64,000 nt of DNA from an uncultured Pseudomonadota bacterium (GTDB taxonomy: Bacteria; Myxococcota_A; Polyangia; Fen-1088), in contig CAVZEF010000006.1 in NCBI GenBank assembly GCA_963774325.1, forward strand, positions 1,126,510 to 1,190,509, written 5' to 3'. A program made the position numbers and the translations under genes. A model generated the notes under the pieces. It was given only the letters and a program-made list of their open reading frames with translations, did no database searches and had not been told where the DNA came from. Positions within the stretch are counted from its first letter, which is position 1; each line of letters opens with the position of its first letter. Shown one piece after another: positions 59,301 to 64,000 of the stretch.

Positions 59301-60075
59301 GAGCGACGCTCTGCGCGTGTCGACGCTGGCGCGCCCCGCGCCCCCCGCCGACGAGCTGCCGCGCGGCCGGCTCGCCGGGAGCTTCCTGCACGAGATCATC
59401 GAGCACCTCGCGCTGCCGACGCTGTCGCGCGCACCAGGCTTCGACGACTGGCGGGCGTTGCCCGAGGTGGTCGACCTGTTCGAGCAGATGCGGCGGCGGC
59501 ACGACCAGCAGACCGCGCACCTCACGCACGCGCAGCGGCTCGTGCACACCGCGCTGACCGCGCCGGTGCGCCTCGGTGACACCGTGGTGCCCGGCCTGGG
59601 CCGCGCGGCGCACCCCACGCGCGAGATGGAGTTCCTGTACCCGATCCCCGAGCCGCGCCACCCCGCGCTCGCCGTGCTTCGCGTACCCGCCGCCAGCGAC
59701 GGGCCGGCGTGGCGGATCGAGCGCGGCGTCGTCAAGGGCTTCATCGACTATCTCTTCGAGCACGAGGGACGCATCTACGTCTGCGACTGGAAGAGCGACG
59801 CGCTGCCGAGCTGGGACGCGGCCGAGCTCGCGGCCCACTGCGAGGGTCACTACGCCGTGCAGGCGGAGCTGTACACCGAGGCGGTCGTGCGGCTGCTCGG
59901 CATCGCCGACACCGACGAGTTCGACCGGCGCTTCGGCGGCGTGGTCTATTGCTTCCTGCGCGGCATGCGCGCCGACGAGCCGACCGCGGGCGTCTACTTT
60001 CGGCGCCCGACCTGGGCGGAGGTGCTCGCCGGCCAGCGGGCGATGCTCGAGCCCGGCTACTGGGGGCGATCGTGA
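56377..60075 (+). CDS. recB: Exodeoxyribonuclease V beta subunit RecB (UvrD-like helicase plus PD-(D/E)xK nuclease)
   Basis: Walker A is AIVEASAGTGKTY. Also present are ALVDEFQDTD and IMTIHHSKGLE. The C-terminal nuclease motif is GFIDYLFEHEGRIYVCDWKSD. It is 1232 aa and intact. GTGA overlaps recC. Confidence 0.9.
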   Translation: MSERDVRPPVRYRKPVELRRLGSRHAIVEASAGTGKTYILEHLIVDLLLRTGTTLDQILIVTFTEKATTELTHRVRRKLEELSELREDRVPSPAREGDAGAGDGDDDWILDAAAREKLRRALLGFDRGNILTIHAFCQRILTENAFVQGRLFDEEATEERDAFHAAFTETLRHDLRAGSDQATLLDAWRRAGNTIEGLERALFDVAAKLGCIYPPRASAIRPDARYNGQLFLQAARSWPTVPDLDDRVLAMFKKHGVHANTARAAARRIRAVNDALEDGADGPAALLTALARVDVGITTTKLKDGILASIHGELADHAGRDPLAAELRRAALVLDAVFAPLSALLANHLLPLVRARLERRKREAGLFDFQDMLTLVARNLEGDGARARALLGALRARYRYALVDEFQDTDETQWQIFRRLFVDDGATGVLTLVGDPKQAIYSFRGADVHTYLRARAELAAVQEPLFLDASYRATALLIAAQNALLEQADPAPFFRADGPIRYDHPVSCGRPELALVDARGREVAPVVVLDVVRAPEKTAPRLTFHEIKPALLDRIAREIERLLCDEGRLYLRDGDARAAAPLGARDIFVLTRTIRESREVGEALRARRIPFAYFKQEKLFDTVEAESVRDLLRALAEPDDRSARFRAFITGFFGLTLLDLAACDALPADHPLMQRLEDWRALGEAGQIDQLFARIVDDSGVISRELFAQGVKGRASERAITNYLHLFELLQHEVVRDPCTLRELVQRLGGYVAGTRRPPGQNADVQRLETDAEAVQIMTIHHSKGLEAGIVFVYGATWPFRGGGDSRMFHDEEGRRTIRVGRQPAAEETLYNADQDDEERRVLYVALTRARARIYLPRYAPHPTCSVNGAYKFVNDRLHGLLGGITPAEVRSLFQLEPVPCPLAPAPAAPADDLAAALRAWQAPPALVNAPVPHAAFHQARATRAGFVVTSYSAMRRSHQRFVPAETLDAAGDDASDALRVSTLARPAPPADELPRGRLAGSFLHEIIEHLALPTLSRAPGFDDWRALPEVVDLFEQMRRRHDQQTAHLTHAQRLVHTALTAPVRLGDTVVPGLGRAAHPTREMEFLYPIPEPRHPALAVLRVPAASDGPAWRIERGVVKGFIDYLFEHEGRIYVCDWKSDALPSWDAAELAAHCEGHYAVQAELYTEAVVRLLGIADTDEFDRRFGGVVYCFLRGMRADEPTAGVYFRRPTWAEVLAGQRAMLEPGYWGRS

Positions 60076-61949
60076 GCCGCTCGTTCGAGTCCGGCCCGCT
60101 GTCGCCGCTCGGCACCGCCCGGCAACGCCTGACGGCCGCGATCGGCGCGCCCGTCGGTGACGCCTCCGTCGGCGGCGCCGATCTCCCCGAGACCTTTCTG
60201 GCCGAGCTCGGCGACGCCGATCTCGGGCCGGAGTCGCTCTTTCTCTGCTGGCAGATCGCCGCCCTCGCCGGCTCGCTGCGTCCCGACGAGCGCCGCGCGC
60301 TGACCGCGATCTTCGTGCGCGCGTTGATCGGCGTCGCCGCCGGCAGCACGCGCACCGAGGTGGGCCCGGCCGAGAGCGCGCTGCTCGCGCGCGCCACCGA
60401 CGTCGTGGGGCGGCCCGGCGATCGCCGCCCGTTCATCCTCGACGGCCGCTTTCTCTACCAGCAGCGCCTGCTGGCCTGCGAGGAGCGGCTGGCCGCGGCC
60501 TTGCGCGCGCGCCGCGACGGCGCGCCGCTCGCCGGCGACGCCGCCATCGAGCCGGCCTTGCAAGCCGTTGCCGCCGGCGCGGCGCCGGCGCCGACCGCCG
60601 AACAGCTCGATGCCGTGCGCGCGGCGCTGAGCGGGCGGCTCACCGTGATCAGCGGCGGGCCGGGCACCGGCAAGACCACGATCGTCCTCGCGATCTTGCG
60701 CGCGCTGTTGCGCCTGGGCGTGTCACCGGCGGCGACGGCGCTGGCCGCGCCGACGGGCAAGGCCGCCAAGCGGCTGGAAGAGGCGATCCGGCTGGGTCTG
60801 CAGCGGCTCGATCCGCTCGCACCGCCCGACGACGAGCTCACGCGCCCCTACCCGCCGGCGGAGACGCTGCACCGGCTGCTCGGGTGGTCGCCACGCCGGG
60901 GCACCTTCGTGCACCACCAGAACAACCGCCTCGCGCAAAAGGTGATCATCATCGACGAGAGCTCGATGATCGATCTGTCGCTCATGGAGCGTCTGGTGCG
61001 CGCGGTCGCCGACGACGCGCGCCTGGTGTTGCTCGGCGACGCCGACCAGCTGCCGTCGATCGAGGCCGGCGCGGTCTTTCGCGATCTCACCCCGCTCGCC
61101 CACCGCCTGACCCGCAGCCACCGCGTCGACGCGGCCGCGCGCGGCGGCCGGCAACTGGGCGCGCTGGCACGCGCCCTGCGCGACGGAGAACCCGCCGCCG
61201 TCGAGCCCGCTCCCGTGGCCGAGCTGACGTTCGAGGGCGCGGCGCTGGTGGCGCCCACCGAGCGCGAAGCGTTGCTCGAGCGCTGGTACGCGCGTCAGCT
61301 CGCGTTCGACGATCGGCTGGCTGCCGCGGCCCGCCACGTCTATCGCACTGGCGAGGACGGGAACTTCGCCGCGGCCGACCGCGAGCAGCTCGAACGCCTG
61401 CACGCGCACGTCCATCGTGTCCGCGTCCTCTGCGTCACCCACGGCCGTCCCACCGGCACGGTGGCGGTCAACGACTGGCTGCACCGGCGCCACGGCAACG
61501 GCGCCGGGCCGTTCGCGCCCGGCGAACCGGTGATGGTGCTGCGCAACGACTATCAACGCGGGCTCTACAACGGCGACCAGGGGATCGTGATTCTGTTTGC
61601 CGAGGACGACGACCGCGCGCCCCGCCTGGCCGCGGCCTTCGAGACGCGCACCGGCTGGCAGGCCTGGGCCGTCGACGGCGTCGGTGACGCGCTCGAGCTC
61701 TCGTACGCGATGACCGTACACAAGTCGCAGGGCTCGGAGCTCGACGCCGCGATCCTGCTCTTGCCCGACGCTCCGATCCCGATCCTCACGCGCGAGCTGC
61801 TCTACACCGCGGTCACGCGCGCCCGACAGGGTGTCGCCATCTGCGGGCGTGCCGAGGTGCTCGCCGCGGGCGCCGCCGCGCCGCTCGTGCGCTCGTCGGG
61901 CCTGGCGGCGCGGATGGAAGGCCCCGCAACCGGCACCGACCCGCGCTAG
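60072..61949 (+). CDS. recD: Exodeoxyribonuclease V alpha subunit RecD
   Basis: The GTG at 60072 overlaps the recB TGA. Motifs are VISGGPGTGKTT, IIIDESSMIDL, LLGDADQLPSIEAG and SYAMTVHKSQGSE. 625 aa. Confidence 0.9.
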   Translation: MSRSFESGPLSPLGTARQRLTAAIGAPVGDASVGGADLPETFLAELGDADLGPESLFLCWQIAALAGSLRPDERRALTAIFVRALIGVAAGSTRTEVGPAESALLARATDVVGRPGDRRPFILDGRFLYQQRLLACEERLAAALRARRDGAPLAGDAAIEPALQAVAAGAAPAPTAEQLDAVRAALSGRLTVISGGPGTGKTTIVLAILRALLRLGVSPAATALAAPTGKAAKRLEEAIRLGLQRLDPLAPPDDELTRPYPPAETLHRLLGWSPRRGTFVHHQNNRLAQKVIIIDESSMIDLSLMERLVRAVADDARLVLLGDADQLPSIEAGAVFRDLTPLAHRLTRSHRVDAAARGGRQLGALARALRDGEPAAVEPAPVAELTFEGAALVAPTEREALLERWYARQLAFDDRLAAAARHVYRTGEDGNFAAADREQLERLHAHVHRVRVLCVTHGRPTGTVAVNDWLHRRHGNGAGPFAPGEPVMVLRNDYQRGLYNGDQGIVILFAEDDDRAPRLAAAFETRTGWQAWAVDGVGDALELSYAMTVHKSQGSELDAAILLLPDAPIPILTRELLYTAVTRARQGVAICGRAEVLAAGAAAPLVRSSGLAARMEGPATGTDPR

Positions 61950-61953
61950 GGCA

Positions 61954-62242
61954 TGACTAACCGCACATGCCGTTCACTTAGCGATCGTCGACGCCGGTCG
62001 GTAGTCAGCTCGCTATCAGGGCGGAGGGCCGGCACTGAATCTGCCCATGCGGGGCGCTGGCATAGGCAGATTCAGTCTTCGAGAGTCAGCCTCCCGGCGG
62101 CGGCGTCAGGGCGCGTCCCCACGGGGGGAATACCCGCCCCGACCGAGAGCGCAGTGACTGGCGTACCTTCGCCCGAGCCCTCGCCCCACCGAAGCGTACT
62201 GACTAACCGACCCACGTCCGCCGGCTTAAGTGAACGGCATTG
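61954..62242. mobile_element. MITE-like, hairpin-rich 289-bp insertion flanked by an 11-bp direct duplication
   Basis: The flanking GCGCTAGGGCA occurs at 61943-61953 and 62243-62253. The inverted repeats are ATGCCGTTCACTTAGC (61967-61982) and GCTTAAGTGAACGGCAT (62224-62240). A direct TGACTAACCG occurs at 61954-61963 and 62200-62209. An internal 12-bp-stem hairpin pairs 62034-62045 with 62065-62076. Confidence 0.6.
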
Positions 62243-62245
62243 GCG

Positions 62246-63263
62246 CTAGGGCAGCCCGGGCGTCTCGACCCGCACCTCGTACACCGCGTGCAGCGTGGTC
62301 ACGAAGAGCGTGCGGCGATCGGCGCCGCCGAAGGTGCAGTTCGACGGCGGCGCCGGGATCGCGATGCGGCCCGCGAAGCGCCCGTCGCTGTCGAAGACCT
62401 CGATGGCGCTGACGTCGTCGCTGTTGTTGGCCACGTAGATGCGCCCGCGGTCGTCGGTGCACAGGCCGTCCGGCACGTGCAGCTTTCCGCCGGGCACCGA
62501 GCGCGTGTCGATGAACGGCGTCGCCGCGCCGACGCTGCCGTCGGGCGCGACCGGCAGGCGCCACACGCGATCCTGCGCGTCGCTGCCGACGTAGAGCGTC
62601 GCGCCGTCGGGCGACAGCAGCACGCCGTTGGGCATGTCGACCGCGAACGCCACCGAGACCGTGCCGTCGGGCGCGATCCGGTAGACAGCCGTGGGCGCGT
62701 GCGCGCCCGGACGCGCGCCCCACTTGGTGTCGCTGAAGTAGATGTTGCCGTCGGCGCGCAACGTGAGGTCGTTGGGCGCGTTCAGCGCCTCCGCGCCCGC
62801 GCCGGGCGCGCGATCCGCCAGTACGGCGCGCGTGCCGCCGTCGATGCGAACCAGCGCGCCGTTCCAGCGCTCGCACGCGACCAGCCGCCCCTGCGCGTCG
62901 ACCGCCAGCCCGTTGGTGCTGGTCGGCGTCTGGGGGTACGGCACGACCGCGACGGCTCCGCTGGGGGGATCGTAGCGATAGATCTTGGCGGCGGCGCCGT
63001 TCTGCTCGACGACGTCGGAGAAGATCAGGTAGCCGCCGCTCGCCACCCAGAACGGGCCCTCGAGCGAGACGAACGGGATCGACGACGGGATCGCGCGCGG
63101 CGCGCCGAGCGGCGATGCCGCCCTCGCTCGGCGCGCCGGCTCCCGCGGCGGGCGGTGAAGGCGCGGGCGCATGGCTCGTCGTCGCGCAACCCCACAGCGC
63201 CGCGCCGACGGCGATCGCGGCGGCGAAGCGCCTCCCGGAGAAACCGATAGTCACGCTGGGCAC
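62246..63263 (-). CDS. SMP-30/gluconolactonase/LRE-like beta-propeller lipoprotein, frame-disrupted near 63105-63125
   Basis: The GTG at 63263 gives signal FAAAIAVGAALWGC (frame of ORF 62226..63263). The body is in ORF 62246..63172: LEGPFWVASGGYLIFSDV...NGLAVDAQGRLVACE...PNDLTLRADGNIYFSD...PNGVLLSPDGATLYV...PDGLCTDDRGRIYVA. Confidence 0.75.
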
Positions 63264-63509
63264 GCCGGCGATTTATCACGGGTCGTAGGTAAAGGGGAAC
63301 CCGGAACGTCCTCCCTAGTCCGTGTTCCGGGTAACCGCAGACGCGGCCTGAATTACGCGCGGGTAACAGAATCGGCACACGCCGGAGCGAAGTCGGCGTC
63401 GTCGGCGCACCAACCGTCAGGCACCCCCGTTGCAATGCACTGACTCGTCGAGCGACGTCGGAACGCCCCGGCAGCGACCGCGGCTCGAGATGGAAAGACG
63501 AGGTGTCCC

Positions 63510-64000
63510 ATGGATGGTGTCCTGGATTTGCCCGCGTCGAGTACTGCGGATGCGGATTCCGATCGCGACCTGAACGCGTTCGAGATCGAGCAGCGCTTCC
63601 TGCTCACGCGCGCGCAGACCGTCACATTCCTGCGGACAATCTCGGCCCACACCGTGCCTGAGCTCCACGACCGCGCGCGCCCGCTGTCGTTCACGCGCAC
63701 CACGTATCTCGACTCGGTCGATTCTCGCGTACCTGCGCTCGTGCGCCGGGCGCGTCGCGCGGCGGCTGCGCCTGCGCGAATACGCCGTCGCCAGCACGCT
63801 CGTCGAGGCCCCGCTCCTCACCGGGCACTGCTTTCTCGAGCTGAAGCAGAGCGCGGGCCCGGTGCGCTCGAAGATCCGCCTCGCGGCGCCCCGACACGTG
63901 CTGGAACGGATCGTCGAGGGTTCCCTCGACGTCGGCGACGCGCAGGGGGACGGCGTGGATGCCGACGCGCAGGAGGCGCTGGCCGCGCTGCGCGCCGAGG
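63510..64000 (+). CDS. VTC-domain (polyphosphate-polymerase-like / CYTH-like) protein, partial at the window end, frame change near 63717-63722
   Basis: The ATG at 63510 follows GAGG. It reads ...FEIEQRFLLTRAQTVTFLRTISAHTVPELHDRARPLSFTRTTYLDS. In the +1 frame it continues YLRSCAGRVARRLRLREYAVAS...CFLELKQSAGPVRSKIRL. The family call is from memory of VTC-domain patterns. Confidence 0.45.
   Translation, partial: MDGVLDLPASSTADADSDRDLNAFEIEQRFLLTRAQTVTFLRTISAHTVPELHDRARPLSFTRTTYLDSVDSRVPALVRRARRAAAAPARIRRRQHARRGPAPHRALLSRAEAERGPGALEDPPRGAPTRAGTDRRGFPRRRRRAGGRRGCRRAGGAGRAARR

Noticed and set aside
61953-62249. 98-aa ORF inside the insertion element; also considered a retron msr/msd or other RT-associated RNA
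   Set aside because: The ORF has no RBS and a Ser/Arg-rich composition. No reverse transcriptase or any enzyme gene is adjacent. The flanking inverted repeats plus target duplication fit a MITE better.

Overview
Very GC-rich chromosomal segment. From gene content it is most likely a myxobacterium (inference): pilins with the [16 protein letters not shown] leader, many lipoproteins, TonB_C-domain fusions and Cys/Asp-rich CxNGxDDDxDGxxDC repeats. I support about 55 protein genes and one tRNA-Gly(GCC). There is no rRNA, no CRISPR array and no intact transposase or integrase.

Gene order, left to right:
- Secreted Cys-rich protein, imelysin-like lipoprotein and kup.
- A minus-strand, translationally coupled Ton cluster: three uncharacterised envelope proteins, a TonB-dependent receptor, then exbB-exbD-tonB.
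- A coupled ECF sigma / anti-sigma / beta-propeller operon followed by a CxxCH lipoprotein.
- A Gly/Tyr/His-rich secreted protein and a GH105-like hydrolase.
- A solitary czcA-like RND pump.
- A lower-GC, decayed accessory patch (23.2-27.0 kb) ending at tRNA-Gly. It holds a vapC remnant, a minimal nucleotidyltransferase pair, tandem repeats and orphan ORFs.
- Two orphan type IV pilin genes, one behind a canonical sigma-54 promoter.
- rlmD and a DUF62 SAM hydrolase gene.
- scoAB plus a split methylmalonyl-CoA mutase / meaB / acyl-CoA dehydrogenase cluster with an embedded bicupin.
- A modular Cys-rich repeat lipoprotein and an aldehyde dehydrogenase.
- A response regulator with a HEAT/TonB_C protein.
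- An acyl-CoA synthetase coupled to recC-recB-recD.
- A 289-bp hairpin-rich insertion with an 11-bp target duplication at the recD stop codon.
- An SMP-30-like gene and a partial VTC-domain gene.

Two things stand out.
- About 33 reading-frame disruptions occur, almost all of the +1-insertion type. They are tightly clustered at 6-10.3, 30-32.3 and 45-48 kb, and they create several false giant fusion ORFs.
- The MITE-like insertion and the tRNA-adjacent island remnant are the clearest accessory features.

I cannot demonstrate a complete new multi-gene system. The best candidates are flagged with explicit tests. All family calls rest on motifs read by eye; no searches were run.
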